A DNA stretch of 64,000 nt from the NCBI GenBank assembly GCA_963771275.1, contig CAVYSW010000003.1, forward strand, positions 1,408,001 to 1,472,000. Direction: 5' to 3'. Under the pieces are notes generated by a model, which was not told where the DNA came from, did no database searches, and saw nothing but the letters and a program-made list of their open reading frames with translations. How positions within the stretch are numbered: position 1 is the first letter of the stretch; the number at the start of each line of letters is the position of its first letter. The position numbers and the translations under genes are program-made. Shown here piece by piece: positions 8,745-19,073 of the stretch. The DNA comes from an uncultured Gemmatimonadales bacterium (GTDB taxonomy: Bacteria; Gemmatimonadota; Gemmatimonadetes; Gemmatimonadales; GWC2-71-9).

Positions 8745-11336
8745 CTACTTGATCTCCGCGTTCTCCCGGTAGTAGTCGCCGATCAGGTGCTCGGCAAAGT
8801 ACTCCATCAGCATGTGCGTGAAGTACGGCTGGTAGTCGCCGTACGAGTGCGGCTTCCCCGGCATCAGCATGAAGTCGAAGCGCTTGTTCGCCTTGATCAG
8901 CGCGTTCACCAGGCGGATCGTGTTGCCGGGGTGCACGTTGTTGTCCATGTCGCCCGTCACCAGCAGCAGCGAGCCCTTCAGGTTCGCCGCCAGCTCGATA
9001 TTGGTCGGCACGTGAATCTCGAACTTGACGCTGTCCTGCTCCTCGAGCTGCTCCTCCGTCTCGGCGGGACCGCGGTCCGCCGCCACCCGCCGGGTGCGCG
9101 CGGTGCTGTCCACCTTGGGCGACGCGACCTTGAGGCCGTGGTACTGCTCGCTCCAGTTCTGGTTGTAGATGTTGTTGTCGTGGTTGCCCGACGACGACAC
9201 ACCCACCTTGAAGAAGTCGTTGTACGGCGGCAGCAGCATCGCCGCGCCCGTGAGGAAGCCGCCACCGGAGTGGCCGTAGATGCCCACGCGCTCGATGTCG
9301 ATCCACGGATGCTGCGCGGCCAGCTGCTCGATGCCGGCCTTCTTGTCGGCCAGGGCATAGTCGCGGAGGTTGAAGTAGCTGAAGTTCTGGTACGCGTTGG
9401 ACCGCAGCGGGCTGCCTCCCCGGTTCCCGATCTGAATGACGATGATGCCCAGCTGCGCCAGCTGCTGCGGCACTCCGCCCGCGTTGAACGCCGTGATCAC
9501 CGACTCGGTCTGCGGGCCGGGATAGACGTTGGCGACGATCGGATACTTCCGGGTGGAGTCGAAGTCGAATGGCTTCCACATGTTGCCGTAGATGTCGGTG
9601 ACGCCGTCCGCCGCCTTCACGACGAAGGTCTCCGCCGGCTTCCAGCCGAGGGCCTTGAGGTCGGTGAGGTCCATGTCCTCGAGGTCCATCACCACGCGGC
9701 CCGCCACGTCGCGCACGACCGCCTTGGGCGCGGCGTCCACGCGCGAGTAGTTGTCGACGAAGTACTTCTTGGTAGGTGACAGCGTGGGCGAGTGATTGAA
9801 GTCCCCCGGGTCCACCAGGGCAAACCCGCTCCCGTCCGCATTCATGCGGTATGTGTGCCGGTAGTACACGTTCTCACCCGGCTCACGGCCCACGCCGCTG
9901 ACCCAGAGCGTGCCGCCCAGCGTGTCGACCTCGACCAGGTTGTCGGCCCGCCAGGCGCCGGACGTGAGTGCGCGCTTGAAGTGCCCGGTGTAGTCGTACA
10001 GGTAGTAGGCGCCCCAGCCGGACCGTTCCGACCACCAGACGATGTCGCCGCCGGTCTTGGTGTAGCGCGGCGCCTGGCTCTCGAGGTTGGCGTTCTCCAC
10101 CGACTCCGTGATCAACGGCGTGATCGCGCCGTTTGCCAGATCGATCTCGATGAACTCGAGGTTCCGCTGCAACCGGTCCCGGCGGACCAGCCGGAGCCTG
10201 TCCGAGCCCGTCGTCCAGTGGATGTACATCAGCCGCTGGTCCTTCCACTTCTTGACGTTCACCGGCGTCAGCGCCTTGTCGCCGCGCTTGTAGGTGAACA
10301 GCTCGGCCTGCGGCACGTTCGCCTCGCCCGGCATCGAGTAGCCGTACTCGACCATGACGGGGCGCGGGTCGGCCAGCACGTTCACCAGATACAGCTCCTT
10401 CACCTTGCGGGAGTCGTTGCGGGTGACGTAAAACGCCTTGGAGTCGGGTGACCAGGTGACGTTGGCGCGGACCCGTGCGTCGCGGCCGCCAGCCTCGTCG
10501 CCCTCTTCCTCCTGCTGCTGCTCCTCGTCCTGCTGCCGGCGCTGCTGGAGCTGCTGCAGCTGGCGGCGGTTCTCGGTCGTGTCGCGGAAGCCGAAGCTGT
10601 AGTTCAGCTCGCCGTCCGTGGAGAGCTGGAGGGTGTCGGGCTTGCCGACCTCGACGAGGTACAGGTTGTGGTCGCGCGCGAACGCGAACGCCGTGCTGTC
10701 GGGCGAGAAGTTGCGGAAGTCGCGGCCCGGAACGGCGCCGAACCCGAACCCGCCCCCGCCCCCGCGGCCGCCGAACAGCTGGCGCCCCTCCTCACGCTCC
10801 TCGTCATCCGGTAGACGGCCGCCGCGGGGTGGCCGGCCGAGGCTCTTGATCGCCTCGCCGGCGAGGTTCCACTCGTAGCGGACCGTGTCGACCGTGAAGC
10901 GGATCGCCTTGTGGTCCTTGGTGAAGTTGAAGGTGTTGAACGGCAAGGCGTTGGGATCGTAGGGCTTGTGGTGGGCCACGGCCAAGGCGGCGGCCAGCTT
11001 CACGTGATCGAACAGCGGCTTCCTGACCCTGGCGGGCGGGAACACGACGTAGAACGTGGTGCCGTCGCGATCGCGCCACTGATACCACAGCGAATCGGTC
11101 TTTCCGATGTAGTGCGGCAGCACGGCGGTGCTGTGCGTCGCGCGTCGGATGGCCTCCGTGCCGAACTTGTTGGCCAGCTCCCAGTTGGCCCGGTTGATGT
11201 GCACCGGGACGGCGGTCTGGGCGCGGGCGGGGCCGGTGAGACCCAGCAGCAGCACGGCGCCGAGCAGCGCGCGCGGCATGGGGTGGCGGCCGGCGAGCGG
11301 CGACCGGCCGAGACTCCGGAACGCGAAACGGGACAT
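8745..11336 (-). CDS. S9 family (DPP IV-like) peptidase, exported
   Basis: GHSGGG nucleophile, SGNHD, GDMDNNVH, PGKPH; true start may be ATG near 11279. Confidence 0.93.
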   Translation of the reverse strand: MSRFAFRSLGRSPLAGRHPMPRALLGAVLLLGLTGPARAQTAVPVHINRANWELANKFGTEAIRRATHSTAVLPHYIGKTDSLWYQWRDRDGTTFYVVFPPARVRKPLFDHVKLAAALAVAHHKPYDPNALPFNTFNFTKDHKAIRFTVDTVRYEWNLAGEAIKSLGRPPRGGRLPDDEEREEGRQLFGGRGGGGGFGFGAVPGRDFRNFSPDSTAFAFARDHNLYLVEVGKPDTLQLSTDGELNYSFGFRDTTENRRQLQQLQQRRQQDEEQQQEEEGDEAGGRDARVRANVTWSPDSKAFYVTRNDSRKVKELYLVNVLADPRPVMVEYGYSMPGEANVPQAELFTYKRGDKALTPVNVKKWKDQRLMYIHWTTGSDRLRLVRRDRLQRNLEFIEIDLANGAITPLITESVENANLESQAPRYTKTGGDIVWWSERSGWGAYYLYDYTGHFKRALTSGAWRADNLVEVDTLGGTLWVSGVGREPGENVYYRHTYRMNADGSGFALVDPGDFNHSPTLSPTKKYFVDNYSRVDAAPKAVVRDVAGRVVMDLEDMDLTDLKALGWKPAETFVVKAADGVTDIYGNMWKPFDFDSTRKYPIVANVYPGPQTESVITAFNAGGVPQQLAQLGIIVIQIGNRGGSPLRSNAYQNFSYFNLRDYALADKKAGIEQLAAQHPWIDIERVGIYGHSGGGFLTGAAMLLPPYNDFFKVGVSSSGNHDNNIYNQNWSEQYHGLKVASPKVDSTARTRRVAADRGPAETEEQLEEQDSVKFEIHVPTNIELAANLKGSLLLVTGDMDNNVHPGNTIRLVNALIKANKRFDFMLMPGKPHSYGDYQPYFTHMLMEYFAEHLIGDYYRENAEIK

Positions 11337-11549
11337 AGATGGACTCTCCGTGGATGGGCAACGTCGCGGTCACCGCCCGCGACTCGATCGAACCGGGGGC
11401 GGCTCGGTGTTACCTACGCATCCGGTCGCCCGGTCGTTGACCGGCGGGCCGCCGGACGCGGCCCGTAGCCATGCCGCGGCACAGGCTCTATACTCGAATC
11501 GTCCGCCACAGGCCGAAACCCTCAACGTCGTCCCCCCGACCAGCCGAGG

Positions 11550-14396
11550 ATGCCAATCATGCTGCGGAAGACCTCGCGCGTGCTCGCCCTGCTCGTCGTC
11601 GTCGTGCTCGCCGTGCCCCACCTGGCGGCGCAAACCCGGCTCACCACGCCGAAGGAGTTCCTCGGGTTCGCCTTCGGGGACGACTACCAGCTCGCGAGCT
11701 ACCGGCAGCTCTCGGCCTACTGGCAGCAGCTCGCCCGGGAATCCGACCGGATGGTCCTCGAGGAGATCGGCAAGACGGCCGAGGGCCGCACCATGCTGAT
11801 GGCGGTGGTGTCGTCGCCCGAAAACCTCCGGCGGCTGGACCACTGGCGGGAGATCTCACGCCGCCTGGCGCTGGCGGGGAGTCTGACGGACGACGAGGCG
11901 CGTGCGCTCGCCAAGGAGGGCCGGGCCGTCGTGTGGATTGACGGCGGGCTGCACGCCACCGAGGTGCTGGGCTCGCAGCAGCTCGGCGAGATGATCTGGC
12001 AGATGGTGAGCCAGAACGACGACGAGACGCGGCGCATTCTCGACAACGTCGTCATCCTCTTCGTGCACGCCAACCCGGACGGCAACGACCTCGTGGCCGA
12101 CTGGTACAACCGGAACCCGGTGCCCGAGCAGCGCAGCTACGCGCCCGGCCTGCCGCGGCTTTACCAGAAGTACATCGGCCACGACGACAATCGTGATTTC
12201 TATGCCTCGACGCAGGCCGAGACCGAGGCGATGAGCCGGGTGATGTACCACGAGTGGTTCCCCCAGATCGTCTACAACCACCACCAGACCGGCCCCGCGG
12301 GAACCGTGATGTTCGCGCCGCCGTTCCGCGACCCGTTCAACTACAACTTCGACCCCCTCCTGGTCGTGGAGCTGGACCTGGTGGCGGCGGCGATGCACAC
12401 GCGGTTCGAGGCGGAGGGAAAGCCGGGCGTCACCATGCGGACCGGCTCCAGCTACTCGACCTGGTGGAATGGCGGGCTCCGTACCACGGCGTATTTCCAC
12501 AACATGATCGGGATCCTGACTGAGACGATCGGCAACCCGACGCCGGTCCAGATCCCCTACACCCCCCGTCAGGTGCTGCCGCGCGCCGATCTGCCGTACC
12601 CGATCCAGCCGCAGGAATGGCATTTCCGCCAGTCGATCGACTACGCGGTCACGGCCGACCGCGCGATCCTCGATCTCGCGGCGCGCAACCGCGAGACCTT
12701 CTTGTTCAGCATCTACCGGATGGGGAAGAACTCGATCGAGCGCGGCAGCCGCGACTCGTGGACGATCACCGGGAAGCGCGTGGCCCTGGCGAACGCGGAG
12801 TACCAGCAGCACCAGCCGGCGGGCCGTGGTGCTGGTGGTCCCGGCGGTTTCGGCGGCGGCAGGCCCGCCGAGCGCGCCCCGGGAGACACGACCGCCCCGT
12901 TCGACCCGTACGCCGCCGTGCTGCACGCGCCCGACGCGCGCGACGCGCGGGCGTACATCATCCCGTCCGACCAGCCGGACTTCCTCACGGCAATCAAGTT
13001 CATCGACGCGCTGCGGGAAGTGAACGTCGCCGTTCATCGGGCGAGGGCGCCGTTCACGGCGGGCGGCAAGACGTATCCGGCGGGCTCGTTCGTGGTGTTC
13101 ACCGCGCAGGCGTTCCGCCCGCACGTGCTCGACATGTTCGAGCCGCAGGACCACCCCGACGACTTTCCCTACCCGGGCGCCCCGCCCACCCCGCCGTACG
13201 ACAACGCGGGCTGGACGCTGGCGTTCCAGATGGGCGTCCAGTTCGACCGGCTTTTCGAGGGGTTCACCGGGCCGTTCGAGCAGGTGACCGACTGGAACGT
13301 GAAGCCGCCGGCGGGGACCGTGACGACGGTGACGCGCCCGGCCGGGTACTTCACGAGCCACCGGGTGAACGACGCGTTTCAGGCGGTGAACACGCTGCTG
13401 GGCAGCGGCGAGGCGGTGTACTGGCTCACCGCGCCGGTCACGGTGGGTGGAAGGCAGTATCCGGCGGGGACGTTCTACGTGCCCGCCAAAGCCTCGACTA
13501 GGGCGAAGCTCGAGGCGATTGCCGGCAAGGTCGGCGTGAGCTTTGATGCCGCTGCGGCCAGGCCCGCCGCCTCCGCGCTCAAACTCAAGCCCCCGCGCAT
13601 CGGGCTGGTGGACGTGTACGGCGGCTCAATGACCTCGGGCTGGACTCGCTGGATCTTCGAGCAGTTCGGGTTCCCGTACGAGGTCACGTTCCCGCCGCGG
13701 ATCGACCGGGGCAACCTCAACGCGAAGTACGATGTCCTCGTGTTCCCGAACGGCGTGCTGCCGGACCCGAGCCAGCCGTCGCGGGGCCGGCGCGGCGAGC
13801 CGACCTACAGCGCCGCGGCGAACGACTCGATCGAGGCGTCGCTGCCGCCGGAGTACCGCGACGAGCGCGGGCGCGTGACGGCCGAGCAGACGCTGGCCGC
13901 GATCAAGCAGTTCGTGGAGAACGGCGGCACCGTGATCGCGATCGGCGGGTCGGCCCCAGCGCTGGCGTCGTACCTCGGCCTCCCGGTGGGCAACCATCTC
14001 CTGGAGAACGGGGAGGCGCTGCCGCGCACCAAGTTCTTCATCCCGGGCTCGCTGCTCCGTGCGGCGGTCGATACCGCCGAGCCGCTGGCGGCGGGGATGC
14101 CCGCGCAGGTGGACGTCTTCTTCGACAACAGCCCGGTGTTCTCCTTGGCGCCCGACGCCGCGGCCCGTGGCGTGAAGCGCGTTGCCTGGTACGGCGGGAC
14201 GACGCCCCTGCGGAGCGGCTGGGCCTGGGGCCAACAGTATCTCGACGGTGGGGCCGCCGCGGTGCAGGCGACGGTGGGGAAGGGGAAGGTGTTCCTGTTC
14301 GGGCCGGAGATCCTCGAGCGGGCCCAGCCGCACGGCACGTTCAAGTTCTTCTTCAACGCGATCTACTACGGGACGGCGGTGCCGGGGAAGCCGTAG
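11550..14396 (+). CDS. M14 family zinc carboxypeptidase-like protein, exported
   Basis: DGGLHATE, NPDG, HDDNRD, YNHHQ motifs; C-terminal GATase-like domain; signal peptide. Confidence 0.9.
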   Translation: MPIMLRKTSRVLALLVVVVLAVPHLAAQTRLTTPKEFLGFAFGDDYQLASYRQLSAYWQQLARESDRMVLEEIGKTAEGRTMLMAVVSSPENLRRLDHWREISRRLALAGSLTDDEARALAKEGRAVVWIDGGLHATEVLGSQQLGEMIWQMVSQNDDETRRILDNVVILFVHANPDGNDLVADWYNRNPVPEQRSYAPGLPRLYQKYIGHDDNRDFYASTQAETEAMSRVMYHEWFPQIVYNHHQTGPAGTVMFAPPFRDPFNYNFDPLLVVELDLVAAAMHTRFEAEGKPGVTMRTGSSYSTWWNGGLRTTAYFHNMIGILTETIGNPTPVQIPYTPRQVLPRADLPYPIQPQEWHFRQSIDYAVTADRAILDLAARNRETFLFSIYRMGKNSIERGSRDSWTITGKRVALANAEYQQHQPAGRGAGGPGGFGGGRPAERAPGDTTAPFDPYAAVLHAPDARDARAYIIPSDQPDFLTAIKFIDALREVNVAVHRARAPFTAGGKTYPAGSFVVFTAQAFRPHVLDMFEPQDHPDDFPYPGAPPTPPYDNAGWTLAFQMGVQFDRLFEGFTGPFEQVTDWNVKPPAGTVTTVTRPAGYFTSHRVNDAFQAVNTLLGSGEAVYWLTAPVTVGGRQYPAGTFYVPAKASTRAKLEAIAGKVGVSFDAAAARPAASALKLKPPRIGLVDVYGGSMTSGWTRWIFEQFGFPYEVTFPPRIDRGNLNAKYDVLVFPNGVLPDPSQPSRGRRGEPTYSAAANDSIEASLPPEYRDERGRVTAEQTLAAIKQFVENGGTVIAIGGSAPALASYLGLPVGNHLLENGEALPRTKFFIPGSLLRAAVDTAEPLAAGMPAQVDVFFDNSPVFSLAPDAAARGVKRVAWYGGTTPLRSGWAWGQQYLDGGAAAVQATVGKGKVFLFGPEILERAQPHGTFKFFFNAIYYGTAVPGKP

Positions 14397-14475
14397 CGCC
14401 GTTCCTTGACGGGAATCCGCGGGCCGGCATCGGAGCCGACCGGCCCCCTCGTTCTGGGCGCTAGGTGCGGGCTAA

Positions 14476-14528
14476 TAGGAGGCCGCTGAAGCGGCTACTC
14501 GGCGCGTGCTGTCGCCAAGGCGACCGGG
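14476..14528. repeat. Two-hairpin repeat, copy 2 (intergenic)
   Basis: taggaggccgctgaagcggctactcggcgcgtgctgtcgccaaggcgaccggg. Confidence 0.75.
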
Positions 14529-14589
14529 CGCGTCGCGGGGACGTCCGCTTCCTGGCGTCGCGGGCAGGGGCTTTCTACCTTCAGAGGCC

Positions 14590-17500
14590 ATGAGCGACCT
14601 CCAGGACCGCATCCAGCAGGCGGTCGGCAACACCTATCACATCGAGCGGGAGCTGGGCGGTGGCGGGATGAGCCGCGTGTTCCTGGCCGACGAAGTGGCG
14701 CTCGAGCGCCAAGTCGTGATCAAGGTGCTGCCGCCCGAGATGGCGGCGGGGGTGAGCGCCGACCGCTTCCGCCGCGAGATCCTGCTCGCCGCGCGGCTCC
14801 AGCACCCGCACATCGTGCCGCTGCTCACCGCCGGCTCGGCCGGCGATCTGCTGTACTACGTCATGCCGTTCATCAAGGGCGAGTCACTGCGGGCCCGGCT
14901 CGGGCGCGAGGGCGAGCTGCCGCTCGGCGACACCGTCCGGATTCTGCGGGACGTGGCCGACGCGCTGGCGTTCGCGCACGGCGAGGGCGTGGTGCACCGC
15001 GACATCAAGCCGGACAACGTGCTGTTGGCGGGCGGCCACGCGCTGGTCACCGACTTCGGCGTGGCCAAGGCGGTGGCGTCGTCCGCCCCGCTCACGTCGC
15101 TCGGCGTGGCGCTGGGGACGCCCGCCTACATGGCGCCCGAGCAGGCCGTGGCCAGCCCGCAGGTGGACCACCGGGCGGACATCTACGCGCTGGGGGTCAT
15201 GGCGTACGAGATGCTCACCGGGGAGCCGCCGTTCACCGGGCCCAACCTCCAAGCGGTGCTGTCGGCGCACGTGATGGACGAGCCGGAGCCGGTGACGAAG
15301 CACCGCGCGACAGTCCCGCCGGCGATGGCCCAGGTGGTGATGCGCTGTCTCGCCAAGAAAGCTGCGGACCGGTTCCAGCGGGCGGACGAGCTGATCCCGC
15401 TGTTCGACGGCGTCCTCACGCCGAGCGGCGGCGTCACGCCGACTGGCTCCCAGCCGGTGCCCGTGGCGGACGACGTCGCCCAGGCCCGACGTGCCCACCC
15501 GCTGCGGCTCGGCGCGATGTTCGCGGTCGGCGCGCTCGCAGTGGCCGCCGCGGCGTACGGTATCGTGCGGCTCGCCGGCCTCCCCGACTGGGTGTTGCTC
15601 GGCACGCTGGGCCTCCTCGCGCTGGGAGTCCCCATCCTGCTCCTCACCGGCTACTTCGAGCGGCGGCGGGCACGGGCACAGGCGACGGGCGAACATCCCG
15701 TGACGCCCCCGGGCGTGAAACGGCTGTTCACGTGGCGTCGGGCCATCATGGGTGGGGGATTGGCATTCGCTGGGCTCACGGTCGTGGCCGGGGCGTTCAT
15801 GGCGATGCGTGCGTTCGGCATCGGCCCCGCCGCGACGCTGCTGTCGTCCGGCCGGCTCGCCGAGCGCGCGCGGTTGATCGTTGCCGATTTCGCGAACCAC
15901 ACGGCGGACTCGACGCTCGGGCGCTCGCTCGCGGAAGCGCTTCGCATCGACCTGTCGCAGTCACCGGTGATCCGCGTGATGGCGCCGGACGAGATCGGCC
16001 GGGTGCTCGCCCGCATGGAGCGGCCGGAGAGCACGCGGGTGACGTCCTCGGTCGCGCGTGAGGTCGCGGAGCGGGAGGGTGTGCCGGCGATCATCGAGGG
16101 GGAGATCGGCACGGTGGGTGGAGGCTACGTGCTCTCGGCCCGCGTCGTGGGCAGCACGGACGGGGCGGAGCTGCTGGCGGCGCGGGAGACGGCGGCCGAC
16201 GAGACGGAGATCCTCCCGGCGCTCGCGCGGCTCTCGACCCACGTGCGTGAGCGGATCGGGGAATCGTACCGGTCGCTTCGGGCAACGAAGCCGCTCGAGG
16301 ATGTCACGACGCCATCGCTGGAGGCGCTCCGGCTCTACACCCGTGGGGGCGAGGCCGCGCGCAGCGGCGACTTCCCGCAGGCGATCGACCTCCTCCAGCA
16401 GGCGGTGACGGTGGACACCGGGTTCGCCACGGCGTATCGCGCACTGGCGGTGACGCTGAGCAACCGGTTCCGCAGCTCCGTGAGCCGTCAGGTGGCGGCG
16501 GCGACCGCGGCCTTCCGCCACCGCGACCGGCTCCCACCCGTCGAGCGCTATCTGGCCGAAGCGTACTACTACCAAAGCGTGGAGTACGACCCCCAACGTC
16601 TCGTGACGGCCTACCGCGCAGTCCTCGCCATCGATCCGGATCAGTCCACGGCGCTCAACAACCTGGCGAACGAGTACGTGGCCGAGCGGCAGTGGGCACA
16701 AGCGGAATCGCTGTTCCAGCGCGCCATCGTCGTGTCGGATAGCGGAGTGTGGCAGCCGCTCACCAACCTGGCCGAGACGAAGTATGCCCAGGGACACGCG
16801 GATGAGGCGCGCCACGTGCTTCGCTTGACGCAGCGCAAGTTCCCGACGCTTCTCCCGGGGTTCGGGTTCGAGATTGCACTCGAGTATGCCGAAGGGAAGT
16901 ACGACACGGCGATCATGCTCCGCCGCGCGATCGCGCAGCGTTTCCCGGGCGCCCCGGGGCGGGCGGGGGACTTCCAAGTGGCCGCGGCCCTGACGGTCCA
17001 GGGGCGTCTCATGGAAGCCGACGCGGTGCGGGCCCGGCGCGAGCGGCTCGAAGCCGAGGCGGGGGACTCGGCCAGGGCCCTGCACCTGGCTCTCGAGCCG
17101 GCAGAGGTGGAGATCCGCGTCAGGGGACGCCCGGACTCGGGCCTCCGCCTGGTCGCGGCCGCGCTCGAGCGCTACTCCCTCGAGCGCATCGCGCCCGCGG
17201 ACCGGCCGTGGGCTTTTCTCATCGATCTCTACATGCTCGGCGACCGGCCCCGGCAGGCGCGGGCGCTCCTTACCCGCTGGGAGCGCGAAGTGCCTGCAGC
17301 CCAGCGAAGGGGACCGCCGTACGACGGCGCGCTCGGCAGCGTCGCGCTCGCCGAGGGCCGCCCCGCCGAAGCGAGGTCTGACTTCGAGCGAGCGCTCGCG
17401 TACGCAGGCTGCAATGCCTGCTATCAGGACCTGATTGGGCGAGCCTGGGACGTGGAGGGCAAACCGGATTCGGCGCTCGCGGCCTATGACCGGTTCTTGG

Positions 17501-17715
17501 ACGAGCCTGAAATGTTCCGGGCCGAATGGGAGCCTGCGATCCGGGCCGGCATTCTGCTCCGGGCCGGGGAGCTGAACGAGCAGTTGGGTCGGCGGGAGCA
17601 GGCCGCCGCGCGGTACTCCGCGCTGGCGGACCTCTGGAAGAACGCCGATCCCGACCTCCAACCCGTCGTCCGCGACGCGAAGGCGCGATTGGCACGACTG
17701 GTGGGCGAACGGTAG
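14590..17715 (+). CDS. Membrane Ser/Thr protein kinase with TPR repeats
   Basis: LGGGGMSRV, VIK, HRDIKPDN, DFG, GTPAYMAPE; three TM segments, then TolB_N-like and TPR regions; start at MSDLQ. Confidence 0.95.
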   Translation: MSDLQDRIQQAVGNTYHIERELGGGGMSRVFLADEVALERQVVIKVLPPEMAAGVSADRFRREILLAARLQHPHIVPLLTAGSAGDLLYYVMPFIKGESLRARLGREGELPLGDTVRILRDVADALAFAHGEGVVHRDIKPDNVLLAGGHALVTDFGVAKAVASSAPLTSLGVALGTPAYMAPEQAVASPQVDHRADIYALGVMAYEMLTGEPPFTGPNLQAVLSAHVMDEPEPVTKHRATVPPAMAQVVMRCLAKKAADRFQRADELIPLFDGVLTPSGGVTPTGSQPVPVADDVAQARRAHPLRLGAMFAVGALAVAAAAYGIVRLAGLPDWVLLGTLGLLALGVPILLLTGYFERRRARAQATGEHPVTPPGVKRLFTWRRAIMGGGLAFAGLTVVAGAFMAMRAFGIGPAATLLSSGRLAERARLIVADFANHTADSTLGRSLAEALRIDLSQSPVIRVMAPDEIGRVLARMERPESTRVTSSVAREVAEREGVPAIIEGEIGTVGGGYVLSARVVGSTDGAELLAARETAADETEILPALARLSTHVRERIGESYRSLRATKPLEDVTTPSLEALRLYTRGGEAARSGDFPQAIDLLQQAVTVDTGFATAYRALAVTLSNRFRSSVSRQVAAATAAFRHRDRLPPVERYLAEAYYYQSVEYDPQRLVTAYRAVLAIDPDQSTALNNLANEYVAERQWAQAESLFQRAIVVSDSGVWQPLTNLAETKYAQGHADEARHVLRLTQRKFPTLLPGFGFEIALEYAEGKYDTAIMLRRAIAQRFPGAPGRAGDFQVAAALTVQGRLMEADAVRARRERLEAEAGDSARALHLALEPAEVEIRVRGRPDSGLRLVAAALERYSLERIAPADRPWAFLIDLYMLGDRPRQARALLTRWEREVPAAQRRGPPYDGALGSVALAEGRPAEARSDFERALAYAGCNACYQDLIGRAWDVEGKPDSALAAYDRFLDEPEMFRAEWEPAIRAGILLRAGELNEQLGRREQAAARYSALADLWKNADPDLQPVVRDAKARLARLVGER

Positions 17716-17792
17716 GAGCCGGCCACCTCGTACTTCCGGGTGCCGGGAACAAGGTGAATGCAGCGGGCTCAGCCGTGTTCGTGCAGCGTGCT

Positions 17793-17859
17793 GCGGGTAG
17801 CCCCAGTCCCGGGCTGCCCGCGCTCGGCCAAGGACCGCGTCCTGAAGGACGCAGCCCAC
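17793..17859. repeat. REP-like hairpins
   Basis: gcgggtagccc/gggctgcccgc and gcgtcct-ga-aggacgc stems. Confidence 0.45.
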
Positions 17860-18065
17860 GCGGAGTCACTGGCGTCTCACTCCCTGGCCGGGTTCAGTCC
17901 TTTCAGGCCGGGACTGCCCCGGTCCAGGATGCCGATCGCGTAGTCGCTTGAGATGAGACGATGCTAATCCGGAGTTAACGAGGGCTTCATCCCCCCCCCC
18001 CTGAGATTGGTCGCGATCGCCAACCGCCGGAGAGCACTTCGCAACGGCGTCGGCAAGGAGGTGTC

Positions 18066-19043
18066 ATGAGAAGGATCGCGACCGTCGGACTGATCGCAGC
18101 GGGACTGCTTCTGGCCTGTGAGCCACGTCTGTCGGCACCACCCACCGAGCTCGTCGTCCAACCCTTGTGCCAGATCGGGTGCGTGGAGGACGGCCCCTAC
18201 CCGGAGGCACCCGGCGTGTTCCTGGGCAGCGGCGTTACGCCGGAGCAGTGTTTCTATTTCGGTACGGACGCGGACAGCGACGAACTCTCCGACTTCTGCG
18301 AGAAGCAGCTCATGTTCGCGTTTAACCCTGAGCTCCGATACTACCACTTGGACTACGTCGATCGCGAACCATACTGGGCTGCTGGGCCCACGGGCAGCGC
18401 GGATGATCCGATTCGCATCGTCTATCTCCTCTCCTACTACCGTGACAACGGCAGCGACGCCTGGGTGTGTTCATTGCCTTTCGCACCCAGCAGCTGTCAC
18501 GGACACAACGGTGACTCAGAGGTTGTGGCATTTGACGTGTACTACGATGCGGTCCATGAGCACTGGGTAATGCATGCAGCCTACTACTCTCAACACAACG
18601 ACCTTCGCGTCGCTAGCCGGGAGGGGGCCGACGCCTTTCCCCGGAGGGTCAGGTACGGAACCCCCACTCACTATACGTGGTACTCCCTTCAGTACCCCGA
18701 ACACCCTGGCAGTTACCTGCGCGTGTACGTCTCAGAGGGAAAGCACGCGAACTACTTCTCGACCAGTGACTGCGAAACGGGTGGCGCGTTTCAGACCGAC
18801 ACGTGTGCACATGTCGATACTTCGGTGCGGGGTGTCATGGCGAACGTCTGGAACATAGGTAGCCGGCAGGACCAGCTCATCAACTGCGTTGAGGCACGCA
18901 GCACGGCTCATCCCTACTATGGAAGCCACAGAGCGGAGTGCTACTGGACTCCGGGGTCGAATTTCCGCGGGTGGTTTCCACCCGACGTGGGTGGTGATGA
19001 GGCCGACCCTTACGACGTTGTTCTAACCGCGCTCGATTTCTAG
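18066..19043 (+). CDS. Cys-rich lipoprotein, NPP1/Vps62-like motifs
   Basis: aaggagg RBS, lipobox LLAC, DADSDELSD Ca-binding-like motif, SYYRD, GHNGDSE, YYSQH, VYVSEGKHANY. Confidence 0.7.
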   Translation: MRRIATVGLIAAGLLLACEPRLSAPPTELVVQPLCQIGCVEDGPYPEAPGVFLGSGVTPEQCFYFGTDADSDELSDFCEKQLMFAFNPELRYYHLDYVDREPYWAAGPTGSADDPIRIVYLLSYYRDNGSDAWVCSLPFAPSSCHGHNGDSEVVAFDVYYDAVHEHWVMHAAYYSQHNDLRVASREGADAFPRRVRYGTPTHYTWYSLQYPEHPGSYLRVYVSEGKHANYFSTSDCETGGAFQTDTCAHVDTSVRGVMANVWNIGSRQDQLINCVEARSTAHPYYGSHRAECYWTPGSNFRGWFPPDVGGDEADPYDVVLTALDF

Positions 19044-19073
19044 ACCGTATGGTCCGTGGATGAACGGGCGGGT

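Noticed and set aside
17716..18065. tRNA, riboswitch or ncRNA in the structured intergenic region
   Set aside because: Hairpins are present but I recognise no cloverleaf or known riboswitch core.
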